Origin: Casimicrobiaceae bacterium
GTDB lineage: Bacteria > Pseudomonadota > Gammaproteobacteria > Burkholderiales > Casimicrobiaceae
DNA: 64,000 nucleotides
Direction of reading: 5' to 3'
Assembly (NCBI GenBank): GCA_036493535.1
Contig: DASXPO010000133.1
Location: 2,407-66,406, forward strand
Both the position numbers and the translations under genes were made by a program. Below the pieces are notes generated by a model, which ran no database searches, was not told the origin of the DNA, and saw nothing but the letters and a program-made list of their open reading frames with translations. Within the stretch, counting starts at the first letter, position 1. Each line of letters opens with the position of its first letter. Positions 1 to 9,132 of the stretch are shown here, piece by piece.

Positions 1-559
1 CTGCCTTTGCCTTTTCGGCTTTCTCCTCCTTGGCTTTTTCTTTGGCGGCCTTGTCGTCGGCCGTTTTCTTGGCCTTGTCCTCTTTCGCCTTGGCCTTCGC
101 GGCCTTGTCCTCGTCGGCCTTGGTCATCTTCGCCTTTGATTCATCCTTGGCGGCGGGAACTTGCGCAGCAGCGGGGGCAGAGGCTGGCGCCGGTGGCGCT
201 GCTTTCGCGGCCTCGGTCGCCTTGGCGGGGGCGGGTGACGGTGATGGCGGGGCGGCGGCTGCTTTCTTTGCTTCGGTCGCCTTCGCCGGCGCCGCCATGG
301 GGGTCGTGGCGCCGCTCACCGCGATCTGGTCCTTGATCTTACCGAATTCGCCCTCCTTGATGCCCTTCACTTTCATGATGTCGGCGGGCGTTTTGAAGGG
401 CCCGTTCGCATTGCGATAGTCGATGATCGCTTGCGCTTTCACGGGTCCGATGCCGGGTAGTGCGTCCAAGTCTTCTTTTGTTGCGGTATTGATGTTGACG
501 GCCGCGATGGCAAAGCTCCACATGACGAGGAGCACCAGAGCGACGAGCAGGCGTCTCAT
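1..559 (-). CDS. ComEA-like helix-hairpin-helix DNA-binding protein with Lys/Ala/Pro-rich tail (3' end runs off the window)
   Basis: ATG at 559. It is absent from the ORF track because no stop lies in the window. My translation: MRRLLVALVLLVMWSFAIAAVNINTATKEDLDALPGIGPVKAQAIIDYRNANGPFKTPADIMKVKGI..., a signal peptide plus HhH motif. This is followed by AKKAAAAPPSPSPAPAKATEAAKA...KAKEDKAKKTADDKAAKEKAKEEKAEKAKA. Confidence 0.8.
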   Translation of the reverse strand, partial: MRRLLVALVLLVMWSFAIAAVNINTATKEDLDALPGIGPVKAQAIIDYRNANGPFKTPADIMKVKGIKEGEFGKIKDQIAVSGATTPMAAPAKATEAKKAAAAPPSPSPAPAKATEAAKAAPPAPASAPAAAQVPAAKDESKAKMTKADEDKAAKAKAKEDKAKKTADDKAAKEKAKEEKAEKAKA

Positions 560-764
560 TGTCGTATCCCTCAAGAATGACGTGCGGAACGCCGCACGGG
601 CCGGCAGCATAACGCGGCACGACCGCCGAGGGTTGACCCCGCTCGAGCAAACGGGGAGGGGACGTGGTGCGGGACCGCGGCGCTCCAACGTAAACCGACT
701 CCGAAGAACGCACTCGTGCCGAACGATTCAGCGCTCGGCGCGAATGCGCAATCCGATCGTGCCG

Positions 765-1106
765 CTATTTTCGAGTTGTAGCATCGACCGCGCGAATGTC
801 TCCCTTGGCGGAGGGCGATGACTTGCCGGATGCCGACGCCGCACGCACGGCGGGCGGCGTCACTGTCAAATCGCTCTTCACCTTTTCAAAGCGCTTGGCG
901 CCGATGCCTTTGACATCTTTCAGCTCTTCGACCGATTTGAATGCGCCATTGGTCTTCCGGTAATCGAGAATCGCCTGCGCCTTTGCGGGACCGATTCCGG
1001 GCAACGCGATCAGCTCTTCTTTGGTAGCGGTGTTGAGGTTGACCGCGGCAAGCGCGCACTGCGAAAAGAGCGCGACAAGCGCGAGAACGATGGAACGGCG
1101 AAGCAT
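765..1106 (-). CDS. ComEA-like helix-hairpin-helix DNA-binding protein (tandem paralog)
   Basis: Internal ATG of ORF 765..1394, preceded by aaggagaagacc. MLRRSIVLALVALFSQCALAAVNLNTATKEELIALPGIGPAKAQAILDYRKTNGAFKSVEELKDVKGIG shows a signal peptide plus HhH. Confidence 0.85.
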   Translation of the reverse strand: MLRRSIVLALVALFSQCALAAVNLNTATKEELIALPGIGPAKAQAILDYRKTNGAFKSVEELKDVKGIGAKRFEKVKSDLTVTPPAVRAASASGKSSPSAKGDIRAVDATTRK

Positions 1107-1162
1107 GGTCTTCTCCTTGACGTATTGAAATGGCGCCGCGTTTCTTGCGGCGTTTGCACACG

Positions 1163-2170
1163 TTACGGAGAAGACGGCGAACCCGATATCAGACTTTCGA
1201 CGTAGCGATCTACGCCATCGGCGACGGGCACGAACGGTTCGGCATAGCCCGCCGCGCGGAGCTTCGAGAGATCGGCTTGCGTGAAGCTTTGATACTTGCC
1301 GACGAGTTGCGGAGGAAACGGCGTGTAGACAATTCGTCCCTCGCGCATGTGATCCGCATGCGTCGCGGCGGCTTGCCCACCCGATTTGAGGCATGCGTTG
1401 ATCACGGCCGTAGCGACGTCGTTGAACGCAGAGGCGCTGCCCGTGCCGACATTGAAAATACCCGAGCGCTCGCGGTGATCGAGAAAATAAAGCGTTGCCT
1501 TGACCGCATCGTCCACGGCGATGAAGTCGCGGCGCTGTTCGCCGGCCGCATAGCCGTCCGATCCTTCGAACAAGCGCACGTTGCCTTCGGTGCGGAACTG
1601 ATCGAAGAAGTGCAATGCGACCGATGCCATCCGTCCTTTGTGTCCTTCACGTGCGCCATACACGTTGAAATAGCGAAGGCCGACGATCTGTGCCGTGCGG
1701 TCGGGAATAACCCGGCGCGCATACTGATCGAAGAGCAGTTTCGAATACGCGTAGAGATTGCGCGGCGCCTCGCATTCGCGTTCCTCGCGAAATGCGCGGT
1801 GGTTGCCGTAAACGGCGGCGCTCGACGCATAGATCAACGGCACGTCGTTATCCTGGCAATACGTAACGAGATCCACCGAATAGCGGTAGTTGTTGCGCAT
1901 CACGTACCGGCCGTCGGTCGCCATCGTGTCCGAGCAGGCTCCCTCGTGCAGGATCGCTGTCAGATCGTCCTCGAAATCGCCGGCGCCAAGCCGCGACGAG
2001 AACTCGTCCTGGTCGAGATAATCGGCGATGTCGGCGTCCGCAAGATTGAGAAACTTCTCGCCGTTTTCGAGATTGTCGACGGCGATGATGTTCGTTTCGC
2101 CGCGGCGGTTGAGCGCCTGGACGAGATTCGAACCGATGAAGCCGGCCGCGCCGGTGACGACGATGTACAT
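1163..2170 (-). CDS. hldD: ADP-L-glycero-D-manno-heptose 6-epimerase
   Basis: MYIVVTGAAGFIGSNLVQALNRRGETNIIAVDNLENGEKF... carries a Rossmann GxxGxxG motif, and the rest reads as typical HldD/RfaD over about 335 aa. Start is an ATG internal to ORF 1163..2254. Confidence 0.9.
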   Translation of the reverse strand: MYIVVTGAAGFIGSNLVQALNRRGETNIIAVDNLENGEKFLNLADADIADYLDQDEFSSRLGAGDFEDDLTAILHEGACSDTMATDGRYVMRNNYRYSVDLVTYCQDNDVPLIYASSAAVYGNHRAFREERECEAPRNLYAYSKLLFDQYARRVIPDRTAQIVGLRYFNVYGAREGHKGRMASVALHFFDQFRTEGNVRLFEGSDGYAAGEQRRDFIAVDDAVKATLYFLDHRERSGIFNVGTGSASAFNDVATAVINACLKSGGQAAATHADHMREGRIVYTPFPPQLVGKYQSFTQADLSKLRAAGYAEPFVPVADGVDRYVESLISGSPSSP

Positions 2171-2187
2171 GCTCGTGTTTTCCTTGG

Positions 2188-3282
2188 TCAGAGCTCCAGG
2201 TCCAGCGCGCCGACACGAGTCGTGACGAACGGAACGCGTGGGGCCACCGCGCACAGGAGCTCGTACCCGACCGTCGAGGCCGCGTTCGCGACTTCATCGA
2301 CGGGCAACCCTTCCCCCCACAGCACGACGGGACTGCCGACTCGCGCGTCGGGCACTTCGCCTAAATCGACGGTCAGCATATCCATCGAGGGCCGTCCGGC
2401 CATTCGAACTCGCTTTCCGCAAACCAGGACCGGCGTTCCATTCGGCGCGAGCCGAGGATATCCGTCGGCATATCCGCAGGCGATGACGCCAATCCGATGC
2501 GCACGCGATGCAGTGTACGTCGCGCCATAGCCGACGCTGTCGCCCGGCTTCAATTCACGGACTTCGATCAGACGCGAACGCAGGGTCATCACCGGTTGCA
2601 AGCCGAGCGCCTGCGCCGACGCGTCGGGAAACGGCGTCGCGCCGTAGAGCATGATCCCCGGACGAACGATGTCGCCGCCCACTTCTGCAAAGCGAACGAC
2701 ACCTGCCGAATTGGCGATCGAGCGCGGATACGGCAGCCCGCGACAGGCACGGTCGAAAGCCTCGAGCGGTTCGCGCAGCCCATCGTCGTCCTCGCCTCGC
2801 GCCAGATGCGTCATCAGGCGAAGGGCCGCGACCGCCGGGCATTCCGCCAGGCGCTCGCAAACGCGCGCGACGTCGTCGATCGCCAGTCCCAGTCGATTCA
2901 TGCCCGTGTTTACCTTGACGAAGACTTCGAGCGGGCGCAGGAGCGCCGCCGCTTCCAGCATGGCGACCTGGTCGGCGTGATGAACGACGATCGCAAGCCG
3001 CCGCTGTGCAATTTCGGCAAGCTCGCGTTCCTCGAAAAATCCCTCGAGCAACAGAATGCGGCGCGTGTAGTGGCGCTCGCGCAGCGCAACGGCGGCGTCG
3101 AGCTCGAGCAACGCCAATCCATCGGCTTGCTGCAGAGAAGGCAGCACGCGCGTCAAGCCGTGCCCGTATGCATCTGCCTTGACCACGGCGAGCAGTTGCG
3201 TTCCGGAGGCAAGCTCTCGTGCACGCGCGAGATTCGCGGACAATGCCGCCAGGTTGATTTGCGCGAAGATCGGACGCGACAT
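2188..3282 (-). CDS. alr: alanine racemase
   Basis: C-terminal 364 aa of ORF 2188..4206: MSRPIFAQINLAALSANLARARELA...AVVKADAYGHG (PLP-lysine motif) ...GYGATYTA...GYADGYPR. Confidence 0.9.
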   Translation of the reverse strand: MSRPIFAQINLAALSANLARARELASGTQLLAVVKADAYGHGLTRVLPSLQQADGLALLELDAAVALRERHYTRRILLLEGFFEERELAEIAQRRLAIVVHHADQVAMLEAAALLRPLEVFVKVNTGMNRLGLAIDDVARVCERLAECPAVAALRLMTHLARGEDDDGLREPLEAFDRACRGLPYPRSIANSAGVVRFAEVGGDIVRPGIMLYGATPFPDASAQALGLQPVMTLRSRLIEVRELKPGDSVGYGATYTASRAHRIGVIACGYADGYPRLAPNGTPVLVCGKRVRMAGRPSMDMLTVDLGEVPDARVGSPVVLWGEGLPVDEVANAASTVGYELLCAVAPRVPFVTTRVGALDLEL

Positions 3283-3558
3283 GCGGCGGAAAATGGATCG
3301 ATGAGCGGATCGGTGAACGGACCAGCGACAATCGCTGTGCGCTACAGTGGTGGCGTCCTCGATAGTCCGCACGCCCTGGCATTCGGTTGGGACCGTCGCG
3401 CAATCATGGTATAAAGCGGGCCGCGCGACGGACGAATTATAGAACCTATCGCAAAATTGGCTGCTCGCCCCATTTTGCAATAGGTTCATACAAGCGTTGC
3501 GCGCGGGCCGTTGCGCTTCATTGGAGGTGGACTGCGTGGGGACCGGACGATCCAGAAT

Positions 3559-4836
3559 ATGAAACCCGGCTTCTACACGATCATGGCGGCGCAGTTTTTC
3601 AGCTCGCTCGCCGACAACGCGCTGCTGATCGCCGCAATCGCGCTCCTGCGAGAGCTTCACGAGCCGGCGTGGATGACCCCGGCGTTGAAACAAAGCTTTG
3701 TCGTGTCCTATGTGGTGCTCGCTCCGCTGGTCGGAGCGTTTGCCGACTCGATGCCCAAAGGTCGCGTCATGCTCTTCACCAACGCGATCAAGATCTTCGG
3801 CTGCGCAATGATGCTGATCGAAGCGCATCCGCTCGCCGCCTACGCGATGGTGGGCTTGGGCGCCGCGGCGTATTCGCCGGCGAAATACGGCATTCTCACC
3901 GAGCTTCTGCCACCGCATCAGCTCGTGGTGGCAAACGGCTGGATCGAAGGCACGACGGTCGGCTCGATCATCCTCGGCGTCCTGCTCGGCGGCACGCTCA
4001 TCAGCGACAAGGTGGCGACTGCGCTCCTCTCGTTCGACATGCCGATGATCGATACCCCGGTCGATTCGCCGCCCGACGCCGCGATTGCGGTGATCATGAG
4101 CGTCTATTTGATCGCGGCGCTCTTCAACTGGTTCATACCCGACACCGGCGTCGATCACCGCGTGCCGAGCAAGAATCCGTTCTACCTGATTCGCGAATTT
4201 TCCCATTGCGTCGTATTGCTTTGGCGGGATCGCCTCGGCCAGATCTCGCTCGCGACAACGACGCTTTTCTGGGGTGCGGGCGCGACGCTGCAGTTCATCG
4301 TCATCGATTGGGCATCGCGTGCGTTGGGTCTCACGCTCTCACAGGCGTCGATGCTGCAAGGCGTGGTCGCCGTGGGCATTACGCTCGGAGTCATCCTGGC
4401 GGCGCGACTCGTCTCGCTTCGCGGCGCCGTCCGAGTGCTGCCGATCGGCGCGACGATGGGCGTCGTCGTGATGGTGATGATCTTCGTGCACAACCTCGGG
4501 CTCGCGATCGTCCTCATGACGGCGATCGGCGCCTGCGCAGGATTTTTTGTCGTCCCGATGAATGCGCTGCTCCAGCACCGCGGCCACGTGCTGATGGGCG
4601 CCGGCCATTCGATCGCCGTGCAGAACTTCAACGAGAACGTCGGGATTCTCGTCATGGTCGGACTCTATGCGTTGATGGTCCGCGCCGGCGTTTCGGTCAA
4701 CGCTGCCATCGTGATTTTCGGCTTTTTCGTGAGCGGATCGATGCTGCTCGTGATGTGGCGCCATCGGCACAATCAATCGCGCGGCGATTCCCTGCATCTG
4801 ATCGGCGTCGAGAAGTCGCCGGCCGACCCGTTCTGA
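3559..4836 (+). CDS. lplT: lysophospholipid transporter LplT (MFS)
   Basis: MKPGFYTIMAAQFFSSLADNALLIAAIALL...APLVGAFADSMPKGRVMLFTN...GAAAYSPAKYGILTEL matches the LplT pattern. Start is an internal ATG of ORF 3511..4836. Confidence 0.85.
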   Translation: MKPGFYTIMAAQFFSSLADNALLIAAIALLRELHEPAWMTPALKQSFVVSYVVLAPLVGAFADSMPKGRVMLFTNAIKIFGCAMMLIEAHPLAAYAMVGLGAAAYSPAKYGILTELLPPHQLVVANGWIEGTTVGSIILGVLLGGTLISDKVATALLSFDMPMIDTPVDSPPDAAIAVIMSVYLIAALFNWFIPDTGVDHRVPSKNPFYLIREFSHCVVLLWRDRLGQISLATTTLFWGAGATLQFIVIDWASRALGLTLSQASMLQGVVAVGITLGVILAARLVSLRGAVRVLPIGATMGVVVMVMIFVHNLGLAIVLMTAIGACAGFFVVPMNALLQHRGHVLMGAGHSIAVQNFNENVGILVMVGLYALMVRAGVSVNAAIVIFGFFVSGSMLLVMWRHRHNQSRGDSLHLIGVEKSPADPF

Positions 4837-4848
4837 GCGGCCCGCGCT

Positions 4849-5361
4849 TCACAAGATGACGGGCTTGTCCGAAAGCTCGTTCGACCCCGTGCCCTCTCGT
4901 GGAAAGTGTGCGGCGAGCAAATCCGAGATTTCGTTCACGCCGACGGTGACGCCGTCGACGTAATTCGCGGCCGCAAACGATTGCTCCATCCGCGCGCAGA
5001 TCGCCTGCCACGAGGCATCGCCCACGATTCGATGGATGCCGCGATCGGCGACGATCTCGACGTCGCGATCGGCGAGGAGCAGGTACACGAGCACGCCCGA
5101 GTTTTCCTCGGTATCCCAGACGCGCAGCAGGCCGAATACCTCGAGCGCGCGCTCGCGCGGCGTCAGCCGTTTCAGCACGCGCGCCGGCGGTAGCGACGCT
5201 TCAATCGCCACGCAAACCTGTCCGCGATGCGTGCGCTCGCCCGTCGCAATCGCCGTCTCGATGCGCTGCATCGCCGCGCGCGGAAAAGCGCGTCGTACCG
5301 CGACATGGTCGGTCGCGATGTGACGCCAGAAACGATAACGATTCGGTGTGGCCATTACCAT
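4849..5361 (-). CDS. TPM-domain protein (LemA operon member)
   Basis: MVMATPNRYRFWRH...RIETAIATGERTHRGQVCVAIE...VWDTEENSGVLVYLLLADRDVEIVADRGI. Its start overlaps the stop of the upstream TPM gene (atggtaatg). Confidence 0.8.
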   Translation of the reverse strand: MVMATPNRYRFWRHIATDHVAVRRAFPRAAMQRIETAIATGERTHRGQVCVAIEASLPPARVLKRLTPRERALEVFGLLRVWDTEENSGVLVYLLLADRDVEIVADRGIHRIVGDASWQAICARMEQSFAAANYVDGVTVGVNEISDLLAAHFPREGTGSNELSDKPVIL

Positions 5362-6302
5362 CCTCCCGATGCACCGCCGCCACCGAAGCCGCCACCGCCG
5401 CCGCTGAAGCCCCCGCCTCCGCCGCCTCCGCCGCTCCACCCGCCTCCGCCACCCCAGCCGCCACCGCCAATCGGAATCCAGCCGCCGCCGCGACGACCGA
5501 TGCCGCCACCGGCGCCGAACATCAAGATGGCGACGAACGCGATGACGGCGACGACCACGCCGATCAGCAACGAGCCGCCGATGATCCACGCCGCCGCGCC
5601 GACGATGCCGCCGCCGACCGTGGAACCCAGCACCTTTCCGAAGATGCGTGCGAGGATACCGCCGACCACCGGCACGACCACGAGCAGGATAATGAAGAGC
5701 GTTCCGAAGTCGAAGCCGCCGATGCCTCGACGCGATTGCTGCTGAGATTTGACCGCCGGCAATGGCTCTCCTTTCCCGACGACGCTGATCACGCGATCGA
5801 CGCCGGCGTTGATCCCCGCGGCAAACTGGTTCTGGCGAAAATACGGCGCGACAGTCTCCGCGATGATCCGTCGCGATGTCGCGTCCGTAAGAACGCCCTC
5901 GAGACCATAGCCGACTTCAAGGCGAAGCTTGCGGTCGTCCTTCGCGATCAGGAACAGCACACCGTTGTCCTGACCCTTGCGTCCGATCTTCCAGGCGTCG
6001 GCAACCCGAATCGAATATGCTTCGATCGGCTCCGGCTTCGTCGATGGAATGACCAGCACGGCCATTTGATTGCCGCTGTCCCGCTCCCAGGCGGCAAGCT
6101 TCGTATCGAGCGCCTGCTGCTCGGAAGCCGACAGCGTGTTCGTGAGATCGGTGACGCGCGCATGAAGCGGCGGAATCGGCGCAAGCCCATCGGAGCCCGC
6201 TTCCCACCCTTGTCCGCTTGCGCTCGCCGCGACGGCCAGCGCGAATGCGACCACGACGCGCGCGATGCGAGGAAGACAAACCAAGCGCGAGAAGGACAAC
6301 AT
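5355..6302 (-). CDS. YgcG-type TPM-domain membrane protein with Gly-rich C-terminus
   Basis: Signal peptide; then HARVTDLTNTLSASEQQALDTKLAAWERDSGNQMAVLVIPS...GVLFLIAKDDRKLRLEVGYGLEG; then TM segments and a GGGGWGGGGGWSGGGGGGGGFSGGGGGFGGGGASGGW tail. Confidence 0.85.
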   Translation of the reverse strand: MLSFSRLVCLPRIARVVVAFALAVAASASGQGWEAGSDGLAPIPPLHARVTDLTNTLSASEQQALDTKLAAWERDSGNQMAVLVIPSTKPEPIEAYSIRVADAWKIGRKGQDNGVLFLIAKDDRKLRLEVGYGLEGVLTDATSRRIIAETVAPYFRQNQFAAGINAGVDRVISVVGKGEPLPAVKSQQQSRRGIGGFDFGTLFIILLVVVPVVGGILARIFGKVLGSTVGGGIVGAAAWIIGGSLLIGVVVAVIAFVAILMFGAGGGIGRRGGGWIPIGGGGWGGGGGWSGGGGGGGGFSGGGGGFGGGGASGGW

Positions 6303-6375
6303 GACGAAGCCTCAAACTCGGCCGCCGCGCGGCAACCGAGTCATCGATGCGAATGCATTCGAGGGGCGGTGTCGA

Positions 6376-7020
6376 TCAACCCTTCGACGGCGCGGGTTGA
6401 GGCGGCGGCGGAACAGCGGGCGCGCCGGGTTGCTTGCCGAAGTCCACTTTCGGCGGAGCGCTTACCGTCGCTTCATCGGCCACGGCGAAGTTCGGCTTGG
6501 TTTCCATCTTGAACAGCATCGCCGTCAAGTTGGTCGGGAATTGGCGCACCGTCGTGTTGTAGTCCTGCACCGTCTTGATGTATCGATTTCGCGCGACGGC
6601 GATCCGGTTCTCCGTACCCTCGAGTTGCGATTGCAAGTCGCGAAACAGCGCATCCGATTTGAGTTGCGGATAGTTCTCGGCGACGAGCAACAACCGCGAC
6701 AGCGCGCCCTGCAATTGATTTTGCGCGGCGATGAACTTCTGGAACGCGGCGGGATCGTTGATGAGCTCAGGCGTCGCCTTGATCGAGCCGACGTTCGCCC
6801 GCGCGTTCGTGACTTCCGTCAACACCGTTTGTTCTTGCGCTGCGTATCCTCTGACGGTGTTGACCAGATTTGGAACGAGATCAGCGCGCCGTTGATACTG
6901 ATTCAACACTTCGGACCATGCCGCCTTGATACCTTCGTCCTGGCGCTGCAAATCGTTGTAGCCGCAGCCCGAAAGCGCGAAAGTCAGCAATGCGGCGCAA
7001 AGAACGGCGATTCTTTTCAT
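6376..7020 (-). CDS. LemA family lipoprotein
   Basis: MKRIAVLCAALLTFALSGC lipobox, followed by GYNDLQRQDEGIKAAWSEVLNQYQRRADLVPNLVNTV...VAENYPQLKSD...RIAVARNRY. Confidence 0.9.
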   Translation of the reverse strand: MKRIAVLCAALLTFALSGCGYNDLQRQDEGIKAAWSEVLNQYQRRADLVPNLVNTVRGYAAQEQTVLTEVTNARANVGSIKATPELINDPAAFQKFIAAQNQLQGALSRLLLVAENYPQLKSDALFRDLQSQLEGTENRIAVARNRYIKTVQDYNTTVRQFPTNLTAMLFKMETKPNFAVADEATVSAPPKVDFGKQPGAPAVPPPPQPAPSKG

Positions 7021-7136
7021 TCGAGGTCTCCCTCCCGTAGTCGAGGATTTCCATCTCCCGCGAGACTATGTGCGGGCGTCCGATGCGGAGCGCAAGTGTA
7101 CAGCGCTGCGTTGCGTGGTCTAACTGCGAACCGAAC

Positions 7137-7868
7137 TTACTGAAGGGTCTTGCGCGCGAACAAGAGGTCCTCCCACGCTTTCGCCTTGTCGGGCAAATTG
7201 CGCAGCAAATACGCGGGATGATAGGTCACGACGAGCGGCACACCGCAATAACGATGAACGCGGCCGCGGAGACTTGCGATCGACGCGTCGACATTGAGGA
7301 GCGTCGTGGCGGCGCTCTTTCCCAGCGCGACGATGATCTTCGGCGCGATCAGCGCAATCTGTCGATCGAGGTAGGGACGACATGCATCGACTTCCGGCGG
7401 CGCGGGCGTGCGATTGTGCGGCGGACGGCATTTCAGAACGTTGGCGATGTAGACGTCGCGTCCGCGCGCCAATCCAAGCGCGGCCAGCATGTTGTCGAGC
7501 AGCCGTCCGGCTTGTCCGACGAACGGCTCGCCCCTGGCGTCCTCGTCGGCACCCGGCGCCTCGCCGACGAAGAGCCACTGCGCGCGAGCGTCGCCGACGC
7601 CGGGGACCGACTTGTTACGCGACCGGCAAAGACCGCATGCGACGCACGCATCGACATCGGCTGCGAAATTTTCCCAGGCGAGCGCGGCGATGCGCGCGCG
7701 GCGTATCGCTGCGTCGGTCTGACCTTCTACCGCTTCGTGATGCGCGGATTCAATCTCCGCTTCCCCGGCAGGGGCCGCCGATGGCGACCAGAAATCGGCG
7801 CGACCGCGCCAGATCGGCCACAGTTTGAGCGCGGCGCGTGCTTCATCGTGCGTCGCCATCGCGATCAA
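7137..7868 (-). CDS. uracil-DNA glycosylase, family 4
   Basis: CVACGLCRSR...LFVGEAPGADEDARGEPFVGQAGRLLDNML...VYIANVLKCRPPHNRTP...VVTYHPAYLLR. Confidence 0.85.
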   Translation of the reverse strand: MIAMATHDEARAALKLWPIWRGRADFWSPSAAPAGEAEIESAHHEAVEGQTDAAIRRARIAALAWENFAADVDACVACGLCRSRNKSVPGVGDARAQWLFVGEAPGADEDARGEPFVGQAGRLLDNMLAALGLARGRDVYIANVLKCRPPHNRTPAPPEVDACRPYLDRQIALIAPKIIVALGKSAATTLLNVDASIASLRGRVHRYCGVPLVVTYHPAYLLRNLPDKAKAWEDLLFARKTLQ

Positions 7869-8383
7869 ACCGCATGCGGGGGCGTCAACCCGCGCCGCAT
7901 CACGAGAGCGTCCTCGCGTGGCGCTTCCGGCGACACCGGTGGATAGTATTCACTACGACGCGCGACGCGCGCAAAACTTGCACCTTCGTATAACTGGATC
8001 GCTGCGGTGTTCGACACCCGAACCTCCAGGAAGCACTGTTCGGCGCCGAACTGTCGCGCATCGTCGATGAATTGCCCGAGAAGCGCACGGCCGAATCCTT
8101 GTCGGCGTGCGTCGGGGACCACCGAGATGTTGAGGATCTGCGCCTCGCCGGGTGCGAGCATCAGCACGCCATACGCGACGATGCGCCCTTCCCGCTCAGC
8201 CACCCGCGTCGCGTAACCGGCTGCCAGCGCGTCGCGGAAGTTGCCGAGCGTCCACGGGGCAGCATGGATTTGCGCTTCGAGCGCCGCCACGTAAGCCAGA
8301 TCGTCGGCGACAAGCGATCGCCAGACGACGCGCGCGGAAGGCATTTTGGCTGCTAGCGTGGCCATGGCGTCAAAGCCGCGCAC
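7865..8383 (-). CDS. rimI: ribosomal-protein-alanine N-acetyltransferase RimI (GNAT)
   Basis: GNAT motif ISVVPDARRQGFGRALL. Located between tsaB and udg, with a 4-nt overlap with udg. The start is ambiguous (8383, 8365 or 8344). Confidence 0.75.
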   Translation of the reverse strand: MRGFDAMATLAAKMPSARVVWRSLVADDLAYVAALEAQIHAAPWTLGNFRDALAAGYATRVAEREGRIVAYGVLMLAPGEAQILNISVVPDARRQGFGRALLGQFIDDARQFGAEQCFLEVRVSNTAAIQLYEGASFARVARRSEYYPPVSPEAPREDALVMRRGLTPPHAV

Positions 8384-9065
8384 CGGCGTCGCGCTCGGCG
8401 GTGGTCAGCGCAACGCGATGCCGAACGTACAGCGGAACCGCTTCGCTCGCGGCGACCCCTTCTCCACTCGCGAGACGCGGCAACGCAAGCTCGCCGATTG
8501 CACGAGCGGTGGGGTGTGTATCGCCGTGCGCGCTTGCAACGCCGGGGAGTGAGGCGAGCGCCGGATACGCGACAAATCCATCGCCGGCGCCCTCCCAGCC
8601 CGCTCCGGCCGGTGCGCTTACCTCTACAGGATTCAATACCGCGGGCTCACCCTCGGTTTGCCAAGCCTCACCGCGGCGCGAATAGAACGCAACGTAGACT
8701 TCGCGCATGCGCGCATCGAGACACGCGAAAACCCGTTTCGCAGCGTGGTCGAGAAAAGCCTGCTGCGCCAGCGCGAGCAGCGTCGGAATGGCGACGACAG
8801 GCAAGTCCGCGCCCAGCGCAAGACCCTGCGCAACGCTGCACGCGACGCGAACGCCGGTGAATGCGCCGGGACCGGCACCGAATGCGATTCCGTCGAGATC
8901 GGCGAGGCGCCATCCCGCTTCGTGCAGCACGGCGTCGATCGCAGGGAGAATGCGTTCTGAATTCGCCGGACCGGCGCGCTCCAGACGCGTCGCCCACCAC
9001 AAGCCATCGCCCGCCGCGACTGTCAGCCATTCGGTGGATGTATCGAATGAGAGAACGCGCATCAC
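8370..9065 (-). CDS. tsaB: tRNA t6A biosynthesis protein TsaB (YeaZ)
   Basis: MMRVLSFDTSTEWLTVAAG...ILPAIDAVLHEAGWRLADLDGIAFGAGPGAFTGVRV. Confidence 0.85.
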   Translation of the reverse strand: MMRVLSFDTSTEWLTVAAGDGLWWATRLERAGPANSERILPAIDAVLHEAGWRLADLDGIAFGAGPGAFTGVRVACSVAQGLALGADLPVVAIPTLLALAQQAFLDHAAKRVFACLDARMREVYVAFYSRRGEAWQTEGEPAVLNPVEVSAPAGAGWEGAGDGFVAYPALASLPGVASAHGDTHPTARAIGELALPRLASGEGVAASEAVPLYVRHRVALTTAERDAGARL

Positions 9066-9132
9066 CCAATTTTACCTTTGCGAGTACCGCCGATCCTGAC
9101 GCTGGCGTAAGATTTTGAGTTTTTCGCCAGGC

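Noticed and set aside
5227-5745. 172-aa plus-strand ORF with long poly-proline runs (PPPKPPPPPLKPPPPPPPPLHPPPPPQPPPP).
   Set aside because: It is the antisense reading of the Gly-rich tail (GGGGWGGGGG...) of the YgcG-type TPM gene. There is no RBS and no independent support.
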